From an uncultured virus (IMG/VR IMGVR_UViG_3300025921_000010) (Duplodnaviria > Heunggongvirae > Uroviricota > Caudoviricetes > Crassvirales), in IMG/VR virus record IMGVR_UViG_3300025921_000010: 64,000 bases of DNA, one strand, 5' to 3'. Shown piece by piece: positions 10,420 through 21,487 of this stretch. The notes beneath the pieces are model-generated. The model saw only the letters and a program-made list of their open reading frames with translations. It did not search any database and was not told where the DNA came from. The first letter of the stretch is position 1; each line of letters starts with the position of its first letter. Both the position numbers and the translations under genes were made by a program.

Positions 10420-13400
10420 AAAAATTATTAATAATCATACTGACCTTATTTTCGGTTCAGGCATTTGCTCAATATCCTGCCATACAAGCTATTGGCAGTG
10501 ATAGTACGGTAGTTAAATCTAAGGGAGCTTTACAGGGTCGTATAATTAACTGGGCTTACCCCGATACCACTGCGGCTAATAGGGAGAGAATAAGTCATTA
10601 TCCTGGTTCTCAAATCTTCGTTAATAATTTAATTTATATAAGAGACAGTACCGCTACCAAGTGGCTTGTAAGTGAGAAGGGCACTTCAAATATTTCTATT
10701 CTCAATGATTCAACTTTAATAATATCCAATTTAAGTGGTTCTGATACATTTCATACCACTGTTTTAATTAGCAATTGGACAGTACTTTCAGATACTACAA
10801 TACAAGTATGTGGCACAGGAGGTTGTGATACCGTTTATACATCTCCAACCGTTTTTGCAAAACCTTATGTTGATTCAGTTATTATCCATAACGGAGTTAG
10901 TCTTGACACACTTTATTATTATGTAAATGGCAACGCCATAGTCGGAGGGTATATCGGAAGTCAATTCTACAATAAAACACAGATAGATTCAATATTTACC
11001 GTAACACTTCAAAACTACTACACTCAAACACAGATTGATTCTATTAACACAGTCAACGGAGTTACCAATGAATCAAATCACATCATATCAGGAGGTGTAG
11101 TCACTTATTCAGGAACAGGGCTTACTTATTACGTTTCTGTTTGTATTTATATGATAGGAGGAACGGTTTATTACTCCCCACAAGCTACAATTACTTTAGC
11201 GGCTGCGGATGCTACCAACCCACGAATAGATTTGTTTGCGGTGGACACGTTAAGCGAAGCCATTAAAATTACTGGAACGGCGGCTTCTGTTCCTTTAACC
11301 CCACAGATTAACCCCGCTTCTCAACTTGCTTTAACGACAGGGATTACACTTCCGCCCAATGCAACAACTCCCACAGGCGTTTCTTCGACTTTAATCTATG
11401 ACGAGAATGTAGAGTGGACAACAGGTGGAACAGCTACGGTAAATTATAATAACACTACCAACCCTTATCACGGAACTAAGGATGCCTTTATTTCGGCTTA
11501 CGCTAAAAACTCTACCTTAACTTTTACCGGAACCACTCAAACAGTAAACGGACAAACATTAAGAACGTTCATCAGGCTTAATAATGCGAATTACTCATTT
11601 CAGTTTCAATTCTTCAACGGCACTACTGCCGTTTCTAATCTGCTTACTTTAAATGGTTTTGGATTCAGCCCTACCCTTTACAATTCATATCAGAACGTCT
11701 CAATTCCTTTGTCCGCTTTCATATGGTCAGGAACCAGTTTCGATAAGTTGGTTATCACGATGACAGGCAAAGGAAATCAAACAGCCGGAACTTATTACTT
11801 GGATTACATTTCTCTCGAAGGAGGTACACCCGTTATCCCCCCTGCGACAGATTACTCAAATAAAGTTGATTCCGTTAAAAACAGAAACGATTCTCTCTTT
11901 TGGTACGCTAATGGTATTCCCAATTACTCAGGATTCAATGCTTACCAAAGGTCTCAGACAGATTCTATCACAGCACAGTTAAGAAGTGAGATTGTTTCCG
12001 CTGCGGGTGGTGGTGTCATCTCTTTCAACGGAAGAAACGGTTCAGTAACTTCTGATTCTACCGATTATAATTCGTTCTTCTATACTAAGCATATCACTGA
12101 TTCTTTACTCGCATCAAAAATAAGTGCAGCTAATTTAAGTCTCGGAGCAGTAACTTCTACTTCTCAAGCTATTAATAACTCGGCAGGAACAGGGGTAGTA
12201 TTACCGTCAGCCAGCATATCAACAGCGGGTTTAATGACTGCGGGGGATAAAGTATTAGTTAATACAATTTCAGGCAAGGTAAATTATACCGATACAGCGG
12301 CAATGCTTAACCCTTATTTAAGAAAGGTGGATGCCTTTACGAAGTCACAGGCAGACGCTCTTTATAAACCGATTACTTACGTTCCTTCGTGGAGTGAAAT
12401 CACAGGCAAACCTACTATCCCTGCGGCACAAATACAATCAGACTATACCCAAACAGATACTACCAAATTAGACTATATCAAACACAAACCTACTATTCCA
12501 ACTAATAACAATCAGTTGACTAATGGAATGGGGTATATCACAAGTATAGACACAGCCAATACGCTACACACTTACGATTCTACCCTTTATACGACGATCT
12601 ATAAAAACAGCCTGAAATTAAATATAGCAGACACTTCAAGTATGCTCGCTCACTATCTTAACAGTGTAGGATTTGGGCTATCAAAAACAGGACAGGTAGT
12701 TTCAGTTGATACTTCGGTAATTCATTCTTCTGCTTATAATAATGCTACATATCAGGGAAAGATAACCCTCACTACAACAGGCACAAGTGGGGCAGCTACT
12801 TTATCAGGCAACACGCTAAACATTCCTCAATATTCAGGAGGTAGTGGCGGCACAACTACCAACTCTGTAACCTTCAATAATTCCGGCACAGGAGATGCCA
12901 GCGGAACAACTTTTAACGGTTCGGTTGCACGAACTGTAAGTTCCAATACGATCGGAGCAGTAGCAAAAGCAGACAGTACAACAGCTTACGTTACACCAAC
13001 ACAATTGGCTGCAATAAATAATCACATTAACCTATATAAACCTTTATACGGGGTAGCAAGCGATACAAGTATTCATGTTTATACGGAAACTGATTCTACT
13101 CTTAATGATAACAGTGACACTACACTTCCGACAACAAAAGCAGTAAAAGCGTATGTAGATAATCATGCGGGAGGAGGCGGAGTAATAGATTCAACCAATC
13201 AAACTGGCATTCTCAAGGGTGACGGCTCTCATATTACAGCGGCAGTCAGCGGGACGGATATTAAAACAATTAACGGTAATTCAATTTTAGGCGGTGGTGA
13301 CTTGACAATAAGCGGCGGAGGTGGTACTACGACAACGGTAACAGAGCAAAAAAACTATTATCACAATGAACTGTACTTATATCAGGCAATAAACACATCC

Positions 13401-15584
13401 ACAGGTGCTTTTTCAATAGATTCTACAAAAGGAGTATCTGATTTGCTACCTATAACCGGTGGTGAAAGTATTACCGTTGTTGACAGCACTTCATCGGTAA
13501 CAATGTACGGGTGGACTTACGATTCAACTTTCACCGGAATATCAGAAATAAGAAGTAATTCATTAATAGGAACAACCTTAAACACCTATACGTTTACCGC
13601 TCCATCTAATGCGAGGTATTTATGTATTTATGTAAGATATGGCGGCGTGGATTACTCAAAACAAATTTCTATAAAAAGCACAAATAGTTTTAGTTATACT
13701 GTGCCTATAATGCCTGAAAATTACACAGGAACCGACAGGCAGAAAATACAACAAGCACTTAACTTCCAAAGGTTTTTTACAAGTCCAGTTATTTGTTACG
13801 GTACTTACTTTATTGATTCAGCCTTAATGGTGAGCAGCGGCACTAAATTAATTAACTACGGCAAAATACAGTTAGCAAGGGGAGCGAAGGATAACATTAT
13901 CAGAAATGAAGCGGTATATAACAGAAGATTTCCAAGAGGCAACAGGAATATATTAATAACAGGTACAGGGGTATTTAATGGGACAGAAGATGGATGGGGA
14001 ACAGATAATCCAACAGGTGTAGGAACTCAAAGATGGCGCTCTATTGGAATTCTTCTCGCAAATGTGCAAAACTTCACGGTTTCTGGGGTTACATTAAGGA
14101 ATACAAATAGCTGGGCAATGTGTATGGAGCAATCCAGAATAGGGATCGTGACTGGCTTGACTGTTTCTCAAAACGGACAGGTTATTAATATGGATGGGAT
14201 AGACGTTAGGCGCGGTTCCAATAGGATTAATATTAATAATATAAAAGGGTATGCAGCTGATGATATTGTTGCCTTAACAAACGTAAAAGTGGGGCCGACT
14301 ATAAATATTTTAGATAGCACAATATATGAACCGTATAAAACAGACCTTGATATTTACGAAGTAAACGTAGATAATATTCAACGAGATTCTGTTGGAGTTT
14401 TATCAGACCCTTATCAAAAAAGTGGCATATTGCTACTTACTCAAGACAGCCTGAAGATTCACGATGTTTCAATTAAGAATATTACAGGTTACCAACAAAT
14501 TATTGTTGGCTATTCAGCATATTACCGCACCACACAACAGGGTATTAATGATATGTACAACATACAGGTCAATAATACCGGCAAAGCATGGATTAGTGTG
14601 CAATATCCTATTAAAAATTCTTCATTTTTAAATATCGCAAGGACAGGCGTAAATGGGCAAGCGTCTTGCGTGTTCCTTCCGGGAACGGTCAATACAGAAA
14701 GAAGATATTATGGTTCTTATCCAGAATATTTTGAAGCTAATGGGCAAAACGGACTAATCCATCTTGACACACTTGCGAATCTTTCGCTTACACCAACAAG
14801 ATTAATTTTAGGCGGTACGGATGACGGTTTCCATAGATTACAGGTTTTAAATGGTGCAAGAATGGATACTTTATTTGGTAGCACCCTCAATAATAAGTTA
14901 ACATTAATGTCATCAGTAACACCTTCTGGTGGAACAATATTTATGCAGCCCAATGGAGGTAAGTTCTTATTTGGAAGTTCGACAAACACAGGAAATAATT
15001 TTTCAGTAACATCTGCGGCAGATGGAGATGGTATTGCTATAAACGGTTCATCTTCGATAAGTCCGGCATTACAGTTACAAGTTGGTGGGTCTCTATATGG
15101 ACTATTAGGGGCAGCACCAGCAACAGGAAAACTACTCGCGAACTCCGCAGCAGGAGATGTAATTCTTAGAAGTATATCAGGTCAGATACTATTTGGCGTA
15201 GGGTACACCAATGCTTCAATGGCCATAAAAAATGGCTTAGTAGGTATTAATACTTATTCACCCACTACCGCACTTACTACAACAGCGTTCGCAACATCTT
15301 ACGCTGCTAAATCCACAAGCTATACTTTAACCGGATCAGATCATACCATTGAGGTTACAACATCTTTAGCGACAACTCAAACGCTCCCAACGGCTGTAGG
15401 TATAACAGGACGTGAATATTTAATCACAAATTCAGGAACCGGAACAGTGACAATAGCAACGACATCATCACAAACGTTTGTAAATGTATCCGGAACACCA
15501 ACAACTTTAACCGTTGCTCAATTTACAAGTTATAAACTCATTAGTAACGGGGCAAATTGGCTTGCCTTTAAAATGGTAAACTAA
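10416..15584 (+). CDS. large tail-fibre/spike-like protein with a pectin-lyase-like beta-helix and an N-terminal signal peptide
   Basis: 1722 aa; GH28-like NMDGIDV/ADDIVAL region; fibre-type SVISFNGRNG and SWSEITGKP motifs; starts MKKLLIIILTLFSVQAFAQ. Confidence 0.7.
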   Translation: MKKLLIIILTLFSVQAFAQYPAIQAIGSDSTVVKSKGALQGRIINWAYPDTTAANRERISHYPGSQIFVNNLIYIRDSTATKWLVSEKGTSNISILNDSTLIISNLSGSDTFHTTVLISNWTVLSDTTIQVCGTGGCDTVYTSPTVFAKPYVDSVIIHNGVSLDTLYYYVNGNAIVGGYIGSQFYNKTQIDSIFTVTLQNYYTQTQIDSINTVNGVTNESNHIISGGVVTYSGTGLTYYVSVCIYMIGGTVYYSPQATITLAAADATNPRIDLFAVDTLSEAIKITGTAASVPLTPQINPASQLALTTGITLPPNATTPTGVSSTLIYDENVEWTTGGTATVNYNNTTNPYHGTKDAFISAYAKNSTLTFTGTTQTVNGQTLRTFIRLNNANYSFQFQFFNGTTAVSNLLTLNGFGFSPTLYNSYQNVSIPLSAFIWSGTSFDKLVITMTGKGNQTAGTYYLDYISLEGGTPVIPPATDYSNKVDSVKNRNDSLFWYANGIPNYSGFNAYQRSQTDSITAQLRSEIVSAAGGGVISFNGRNGSVTSDSTDYNSFFYTKHITDSLLASKISAANLSLGAVTSTSQAINNSAGTGVVLPSASISTAGLMTAGDKVLVNTISGKVNYTDTAAMLNPYLRKVDAFTKSQADALYKPITYVPSWSEITGKPTIPAAQIQSDYTQTDTTKLDYIKHKPTIPTNNNQLTNGMGYITSIDTANTLHTYDSTLYTTIYKNSLKLNIADTSSMLAHYLNSVGFGLSKTGQVVSVDTSVIHSSAYNNATYQGKITLTTTGTSGAATLSGNTLNIPQYSGGSGGTTTNSVTFNNSGTGDASGTTFNGSVARTVSSNTIGAVAKADSTTAYVTPTQLAAINNHINLYKPLYGVASDTSIHVYTETDSTLNDNSDTTLPTTKAVKAYVDNHAGGGGVIDSTNQTGILKGDGSHITAAVSGTDIKTINGNSILGGGDLTISGGGGTTTTVTEQKNYYHNELYLYQAINTSTGAFSIDSTKGVSDLLPITGGESITVVDSTSSVTMYGWTYDSTFTGISEIRSNSLIGTTLNTYTFTAPSNARYLCIYVRYGGVDYSKQISIKSTNSFSYTVPIMPENYTGTDRQKIQQALNFQRFFTSPVICYGTYFIDSALMVSSGTKLINYGKIQLARGAKDNIIRNEAVYNRRFPRGNRNILITGTGVFNGTEDGWGTDNPTGVGTQRWRSIGILLANVQNFTVSGVTLRNTNSWAMCMEQSRIGIVTGLTVSQNGQVINMDGIDVRRGSNRININNIKGYAADDIVALTNVKVGPTINILDSTIYEPYKTDLDIYEVNVDNIQRDSVGVLSDPYQKSGILLLTQDSLKIHDVSIKNITGYQQIIVGYSAYYRTTQQGINDMYNIQVNNTGKAWISVQYPIKNSSFLNIARTGVNGQASCVFLPGTVNTERRYYGSYPEYFEANGQNGLIHLDTLANLSLTPTRLILGGTDDGFHRLQVLNGARMDTLFGSTLNNKLTLMSSVTPSGGTIFMQPNGGKFLFGSSTNTGNNFSVTSAADGDGIAINGSSSISPALQLQVGGSLYGLLGAAPATGKLLANSAAGDVILRSISGQILFGVGYTNASMAIKNGLVGINTYSPTTALTTTAFATSYAAKSTSYTLTGSDHTIEVTTSLATTQTLPTAVGITGREYLITNSGTGTVTIATTSSQTFVNVSGTPTTLTVAQFTSYKLISNGANWLAFKMVN

Positions 15585-17524
15585 TGAGAACCCTCTTAAC
15601 CATATTACTTCTCTTTGTGCTGCAAAATTCGTTTGGGCAGACAACTTACTATGTAAGCACTACCGGAAGCGATGCTAACACTGGAACAATAGGGAGTCCG
15701 TGGCTGACACTTGCTCATGCAGCAACACAGGTTACCACAGCAGGAGATACGATTCAGATATTGAATGGCACGTACACTTTGACACAAGCATCTTTAATTG
15801 CTCCCGGTGTCAGCGTAAAAGGTCAAAGTATTACAGGAACAATTCTTTTGTCAAACTATAAAAACGACTGGAATTTTAATGACCCTTTATATGCACCTAT
15901 TACATTTTCAAGTAATGCAGAGGGAACAAACGGAAACCAATCAATATCAAACTTAACATTAGATGGTAATAATTTAACTGGGAATTCAGCAATTGTTGTT
16001 AGATGCAGAAGTAATGTATTTATACATGATATGACCATTAAAGATTTTTATATTAATGGAATATTTCTTACGGGCAGTTCTGTTAATAGTGAAACTCAAC
16101 CAACAACATATTCAACAGGGAATAAAATTTTCAATATAACAATTAGAAACTGTTCAGATTCTGATGCAACATGGGTTGGCGGTGGGAATATAAATATAGC
16201 CGGCCAAAAAGATTTAGAAATCTACAATTTTAATTTATCTAATACAGATAGGCCTGCTGGTAGAAATGGTGATAATATTATAAACAACAGGTTCGGCAAA
16301 GGACTTCATATACACAACGGAATTTCAACCAAACCTTCTTCAAATAATGACCATTGGAACTTTCACTTTGAAATCCCTTGGGGTAGTGGAGGCACAGAAA
16401 TAGACCACGTAACGTTTAACGGCGGTGATTGCCTCGTAGATATGGGCGGAAACGCTCCCATTGATTACAGTTATACTCACATGTTCTATGTGCATGACAA
16501 CTATGCGCAGGATTCTTTAGGAACCCAATATTCAGGCTCTCACGGCAGATATGGGTACACAGTAGAAGGTGCCAAAGTGGTAAACGTACTTGTTGATAAT
16601 AATACATTTGATTATATAGATCATATATTTTCTGTAACTGACGGCGCACCATCAGGAACCCCGGTAGTTGATTCGAATATTGTGTTTAGCCGGAACGTTG
16701 CAAACCACACGGGCTCTGGTATTTCAGGAACTTACGAGGACTTGATTGAAATTCAAAAAATAAATGCAAATAGCGTACTTACAGGACTTAAAATAATTAA
16801 CAACACTGTAAAGCCGAATGCCACTACCAATTCAACTGCAATCTCAATAGTTGCCAATAACGGCGCGAATGTAAATGGAGTAGAAATTGGGAGTAACATT
16901 TTTATGAATGCAAAAAACGGGTATTGGATGAGCGTAGATAACACAGGGAGTACCTTTAATGCGCTTACAGTTAGAAACAACGACCTGTTTAATAATCCAA
17001 ATAATAACGCAATCAATTCCACAGGAAATCCGGTAACTAATTACACCAATACAGCCAACATAAATACTGATCCATTATTTGTGTCATTAACAGACTTGCA
17101 TCTGCAAGCAACTTCACCTAATATAGGTGCAGGGTTTAACTACGGATACGGCAGTGATATTGGAGCACTACAGTACACAGTAACTATTCCACCACCTACA
17201 ATTTCAGTTTCTGGAAATCAAACTATTACCGTTTCAAATACTTCTGTTAGCGCAGTAGGAACTCCTGCAAGTGGACAAACAATCACAGGTTACACTTGGT
17301 CAAAAGTAAGTGGCGCAGCTGTAACCTTTGGAACTCCAAATTCAGCCTCTACTACAGTTACTGGACTTACAACAGGAGTTTATGTTCTAAGGTGTACAGT
17401 TACTCAAAGTGATGGACAAACTGCTTATGGAGATGTAACTATAACGGTTAATATCCCTGTTCCACCAAGCCCACCAAATGCTTACATTAAATTAAGATTA
17501 CCTACAAAATTTATAAACAAATGA
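15584..17524 (+). CDS. secreted right-handed beta-helix protein with C-terminal PKD-like domain
   Basis: signal peptide; YYVSTTGSDANTGTIGSPW motif; DLHLQATSP; YTWSKVSG PKD motif. Confidence 0.75.
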   Translation: MRTLLTILLLFVLQNSFGQTTYYVSTTGSDANTGTIGSPWLTLAHAATQVTTAGDTIQILNGTYTLTQASLIAPGVSVKGQSITGTILLSNYKNDWNFNDPLYAPITFSSNAEGTNGNQSISNLTLDGNNLTGNSAIVVRCRSNVFIHDMTIKDFYINGIFLTGSSVNSETQPTTYSTGNKIFNITIRNCSDSDATWVGGGNINIAGQKDLEIYNFNLSNTDRPAGRNGDNIINNRFGKGLHIHNGISTKPSSNNDHWNFHFEIPWGSGGTEIDHVTFNGGDCLVDMGGNAPIDYSYTHMFYVHDNYAQDSLGTQYSGSHGRYGYTVEGAKVVNVLVDNNTFDYIDHIFSVTDGAPSGTPVVDSNIVFSRNVANHTGSGISGTYEDLIEIQKINANSVLTGLKIINNTVKPNATTNSTAISIVANNGANVNGVEIGSNIFMNAKNGYWMSVDNTGSTFNALTVRNNDLFNNPNNNAINSTGNPVTNYTNTANINTDPLFVSLTDLHLQATSPNIGAGFNYGYGSDIGALQYTVTIPPPTISVSGNQTITVSNTSVSAVGTPASGQTITGYTWSKVSGAAVTFGTPNSASTTVTGLTTGVYVLRCTVTQSDGQTAYGDVTITVNIPVPPSPPNAYIKLRLPTKFINK

Positions 17525-17892
17525 AACATCTATTAGTAATTATTTTTCTTCTTATGTCCTTTGGAGCGTTTGCTCAAACAGACACAACCGTAACCAACAC
17601 CGTAATATTGGATGGTACCGGCTCCAATGATTCCTTTAATCAAAACGGGGGTATTGTTAAATATCAATGGTCGCAAACGGCTGGTCCGACAGTATCAATC
17701 CCTACCCCTTCAGCGGTTACAAATACAATCATATTATCGCAGCCAGGGATTTATGATTTCCAATTAACAGTAACGAATAAAGCGGGCTTAACCGATACGC
17801 AGGTGATGGAATTTCCGGTTATAAGCGGTGATATGAAACCTGTAGCAAAAATTAAAGTGATCGGGGTAATAAAGTTACCTCCACAAAAATGA
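17521..17892 (+). CDS. secreted PKD/Ig-like domain protein
   Basis: signal peptide ...AFA-Q; LDGTGS, YQWSQTAGP, FQLTVTN. Confidence 0.75.
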   Translation: MKHLLVIIFLLMSFGAFAQTDTTVTNTVILDGTGSNDSFNQNGGIVKYQWSQTAGPTVSIPTPSAVTNTIILSQPGIYDFQLTVTNKAGLTDTQVMEFPVISGDMKPVAKIKVIGVIKLPPQK

Positions 17893-18119
17893 GGTGGCTT
17901 GTAGTCATATTACTATTTGGGTGTAACTCAACGAAGTCGTTCGTTTTAGACGGTAGTCAGTCACAGGGAAATATCGTGAAGTATGAATGGAAAGTAAACG
18001 GCTTGCAGTACGATAACTCAAAAAGCACTTCGTTAAATATTAAACGAATTGCAACAGTAGAATTAATAGTGACAGATAATTTAGGAAGGAGCGACACAGC
18101 TATAAAAGTTATACGATGA
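17889..18119 (+). CDS. small PKD-like lipoprotein
   Basis: lipobox LLFGC; LDGSQS, YEW, LIVTDNLG. Confidence 0.6.
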   Translation: MRWLVVILLFGCNSTKSFVLDGSQSQGNIVKYEWKVNGLQYDNSKSTSLNIKRIATVELIVTDNLGRSDTAIKVIR

Positions 18120-18191
18120 AACTAAAAATAATTTTTTACCTGATAATGCTTGCGGCGGTAGCAGCGATTTTTACGTGATAATAAACATGAG

Positions 18192-18485
18192 ATGACGATT
18201 GAGACATTAATAGGCGCACTTGTTTCAGGAGGGGTAATTACTTACGCTCTTGGCTGGCTATCGGGTCGCAAAAAAAATGAAGCAGAATTGGAAGGTAAGC
18301 GTTTAGAGAACCTTGAATCCACTATTGAGATTTACGAAAGGGTACATACCGAATTAAAATCTCAGTTGGAAAACCTTTCTCAAAAATGTACCCAATTGAG
18401 CAAACAGATTTCACAATTGCAAGGTGAAAACGAAAGCCTGAAAAAAGAAATTCATTCTCTTAATAAAAAATTAAATGAACAATGA
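18192..18485 (+). CDS. membrane-anchored coiled-coil protein (holin/spanin-like)
   Basis: N-terminal TM helix plus coiled coil, in the lysis region. Confidence 0.55.
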   Translation: MTIETLIGALVSGGVITYALGWLSGRKKNEAELEGKRLENLESTIEIYERVHTELKSQLENLSQKCTQLSKQISQLQGENESLKKEIHSLNKKLNEQ

Positions 18486-18754
18486 TAAAGTTTAATGCAG
18501 CGCAATTAAAGAATCCTACTCCCACTAATTTAAGTAACGGTATTCAGGTCTTTACTGTGATTGGGGGAATAATAATCGGATGGGTAGGTACGGCGAATTT
18601 TATTCCGGTTCAAACAGCTGGAATGATACAGAGTATTCTCGGATTGCTCGTAGGGATAGCCAACGGCATTAAACCGTTTTTCGGGGTAGAGACTACTGAT
18701 ACCGAAGTGCCTATCGAACAGGTAGGCGAAATGGACACAAAAAAAAATTCATAA
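18482..18754 (+). CDS. putative holin
   Basis: two TM helices, charged C-terminus. Confidence 0.6.
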   Translation: MIKFNAAQLKNPTPTNLSNGIQVFTVIGGIIIGWVGTANFIPVQTAGMIQSILGLLVGIANGIKPFFGVETTDTEVPIEQVGEMDTKKNS

Positions 18755-18771
18755 CAATAAAACATACAAAC

Positions 18772-19035
18772 ATGAAATTCAATGTAGATTCAATCGGTGC
18801 TATTTTAATTTCGGCTCTCGTAGCCGGAGAACAGGACGCTGTTATTGCTTTCCTTCAATCTTTTTACGAGAAGGATGCGGATGAATACAAAGCAATCATT
18901 TTCCTTGCTAATTACGGACTTAAAAAAGCTGCCGAAGCTGCTACAAAAAGCGCAACAACTTTGGACGATCAAACAATTGCCGCGGCCAAATCTCTTCTGG
19001 CGGCATCAGCAACTAAAAACGGCATTACCCTTTAA
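18772..19035 (+). CDS. hypothetical protein
   Basis: 87 aa Ala-rich ORF followed by a terminator. Confidence 0.6.
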   Translation: MKFNVDSIGAILISALVAGEQDAVIAFLQSFYEKDADEYKAIIFLANYGLKKAAEAATKSATTLDDQTIAAAKSLLAASATKNGITL

Positions 19036-19042
19036 TTAATTC

Positions 19043-19071
19043 AGGAGGGCTCAAAAGTGAGCCTTCCTTTT
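19043..19071 (+). terminator. intrinsic terminator
   Basis: AGGAGGGCTCA-AAAG-TGAGCCTTCCT followed by T-tract. Confidence 0.7.
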
Positions 19072-19083
19072 AAAAAAACAATT

Positions 19084-19554
19084 ATGAAACAAACATTTTT
19101 TCAAAAACTTTTCGCCTTCAAATTTGTATGGATAGGAAAGCTATTCAAGTCGGCTAATAAACCCTTTTTACAAGCGGTAATAGATGTTACCAACACTGTA
19201 AAAGTTGCTCTAAATTCACAATTAGTGGATATTTTAACCGGCGTCATTCCCGGGACAGTTGATAATGAGATCGTAGTCATCCTTCGAAAACAGATACCTA
19301 TTTTACTTGCCGATGAACTCCTTTTGCAGTCAGCCGGCACTCCTGCAACACAGGAAGACGCACAAGCCTTAGCACAAAAACTTTTAGACAGCTTCGGACT
19401 TATCAAGGATGAAAAGAAAGGTAAAATATACACTTCTATTGCAGCCGAGCTTTACATTTTCCTACAAGAACATCAGAACGGACAAAAAGTAACATTTGGT
19501 GAAGCCGCTGCACTCGTGGAAGGATTTTATCAAGACTGGTTAGCAGCACAATGA
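19084..19554 (+). CDS. hypothetical protein
   Basis: ATG 19084, in frame with track ORF 19057. Confidence 0.6.
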   Translation: MKQTFFQKLFAFKFVWIGKLFKSANKPFLQAVIDVTNTVKVALNSQLVDILTGVIPGTVDNEIVVILRKQIPILLADELLLQSAGTPATQEDAQALAQKLLDSFGLIKDEKKGKIYTSIAAELYIFLQEHQNGQKVTFGEAAALVEGFYQDWLAAQ

Positions 19555-19800
19555 AAGCAATAATCTGTACTTGTGAGCAATGTAAAGGCGTGAAGAATAA
19601 ACGCCACAAGGCCCGCAAGAAAATCAAAAGGATGATTAATAAAAAGAGACGCAAGATGAAACTTGGGGATGTTTATAATTTTTATTACGCATGAAAAAAG
19701 AAAAAGTATCTAAAATCCGGCTTGTAATGAGAAAGGCAGAATTAAGAAAAAATGTAAGCTATTTCAGATTCACAATTTGGAAAACCACTTCATCAACGTT

Positions 19801-20385
19801 ATGATTACATCAGACCTACTCCTCAAAATAGCGCCCAACTCAAAAAGGGTGGCTGAAATTGTGCCTGATTGGTTTAATAAATTCTCTGGCCAGTACGAAG
19901 TAAACAACCAAAAAAGAATAGCCGCTTTTCTTGCTCAAACAATCGTTGAAAGCGCCTCCTTTACTGCTACGAGAGAGTTTGATTCAGGTAGTGCTTATGA
20001 GGGGCGGAAGGATTTAGGGAACGTCTTTAAAGGCGATGGCAAAAAGTTCAAAGGAAGAGGCTATATCCAAATCACAGGAAGAAATAATTACGCAGCTTGT
20101 TCTAAAGCTCTATTTGGAGATCAAACTTTATTAACGAATCCAGATTTACTTTCAACACCGCAATATGCGATGCTTTCGGCCTTGTGGTATTGGAAAGATC
20201 GGGGATTAAATGAACAAGCCGATAAACAATTTTTCTATACAATCTCTGTAAGAATAAACGGGAAAAATAAAGATGGTTTACCAAATGACTGGGTTCCCCG
20301 GGTTCACTATTATAATCTTCTTTGCTCTGAATTTAATTTACCTCTTTACGATGCTGTAACGAGGAATATAATTATCAATCAATGA
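19801..20385 (+). CDS. glycoside hydrolase family 19 endolysin
   Basis: AAFLAQTIVES, FKGRGYIQITGRNNY, SALWYW. Confidence 0.92.
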   Translation: MITSDLLLKIAPNSKRVAEIVPDWFNKFSGQYEVNNQKRIAAFLAQTIVESASFTATREFDSGSAYEGRKDLGNVFKGDGKKFKGRGYIQITGRNNYAACSKALFGDQTLLTNPDLLSTPQYAMLSALWYWKDRGLNEQADKQFFYTISVRINGKNKDGLPNDWVPRVHYYNLLCSEFNLPLYDAVTRNIIINQ

Positions 20386-21251
20386 CAAGCAATAAGCTGA
20401 ACAAACTGTGTTATGAGTTTTCTTTTAGTAAAGACGAAAAAGTTGAAATTCTATTTGCCTCGGATATTCACTTCGATAATCCCAAATGCAAAAGAGAACT
20501 TTTCTTTAAACACTTGGAAAGGATCAGGAAGAAAGGTGGGAAAGCATTTATAATTGGTGATCTGTTTTGCTTCATGCAAGGCAAATATGACCCACGCAGG
20601 TCAAAGGGTGACATCAGAGAAGAACACAACAAGAACAACTACATAGATGCTGTGATTGATGACACGGTGAACCTGTTAAGTCCTTATGCTGATATTATCG
20701 TTTTCGTATCAGATGGAAACCACGAAACAGCCATCTTGAAAAATTTAGAAACGGACACACTGGAAAGATTCGTGAATAAGTTCAACGAACGCAATAAAAC
20801 ACAAGTATTAAAAGGCGGGTATCGTGGCTGGATCATAATTAGAAAAGAAGTCAGCAAAGATGAAAATGTTACTCATAAAGTCTATTATCATCACGGCTAC
20901 GGCGGAGGCGGTGAAATGACAAAAGGTATCTTACAGCACTCACGTATGAATATGCACATTGAAGGCGCAGACGCAATAATAATGGGGCACGTTCACGAAT
21001 CCTATGTGCAAGCCGGAAAGACCGTTTACTTTGATAACAACGCAAACGCTTTTTGCGAAAAAGAACGCATTATCTGGAATATCAGAACCGCTTGTTATAA
21101 AGAGGAATTTGTTGATTCGGACGGCGGCTTTCATATTGAAAGAGGGAGGCCACCAAAACCACTTGGAGCTGTTTACGCAGTCATGGAAGAAGGAAGAACG
21201 GAGAAGTTGACTAAAAAACTTTTAGCCGATTATACAATTTGGGCGCAATGA
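20382..21251 (+). CDS. metallophosphoesterase (calcineurin-like)
   Basis: SDIH, GDL, GNHE, HHG and GHVH motifs. Confidence 0.88.
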   Translation: MTSNKLNKLCYEFSFSKDEKVEILFASDIHFDNPKCKRELFFKHLERIRKKGGKAFIIGDLFCFMQGKYDPRRSKGDIREEHNKNNYIDAVIDDTVNLLSPYADIIVFVSDGNHETAILKNLETDTLERFVNKFNERNKTQVLKGGYRGWIIIRKEVSKDENVTHKVYYHHGYGGGGEMTKGILQHSRMNMHIEGADAIIMGHVHESYVQAGKTVYFDNNANAFCEKERIIWNIRTACYKEEFVDSDGGFHIERGRPPKPLGAVYAVMEEGRTEKLTKKLLADYTIWAQ

Positions 21252-21472
21252 CAGAAGAAAAACCCATAGAAGAAGAAATTGAAGTAGAATTTACTTCCCG
21301 ATCGGAATATATTGCTTCATGCTACAATGCAATTGCGGCGGTAGATTGTGTGAATGATATGACGAATGAAGATGCCAAAAGAAAAAGAAGGATAATCAGA
21401 AAATCAGTAAAGATCATTGATAGCCTTATTTCTGAAATGTACGATGAATTATTTGAAGAAGATGAAGAATAA
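21248..21472 (+). CDS. hypothetical acidic protein
   Basis: ORF coupled to the previous gene. Confidence 0.6.
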   Translation: MTEEKPIEEEIEVEFTSRSEYIASCYNAIAAVDCVNDMTNEDAKRKRRIIRKSVKIIDSLISEMYDELFEEDEE

Positions 21473-21487
21473 TTAAAATCAAATAAA

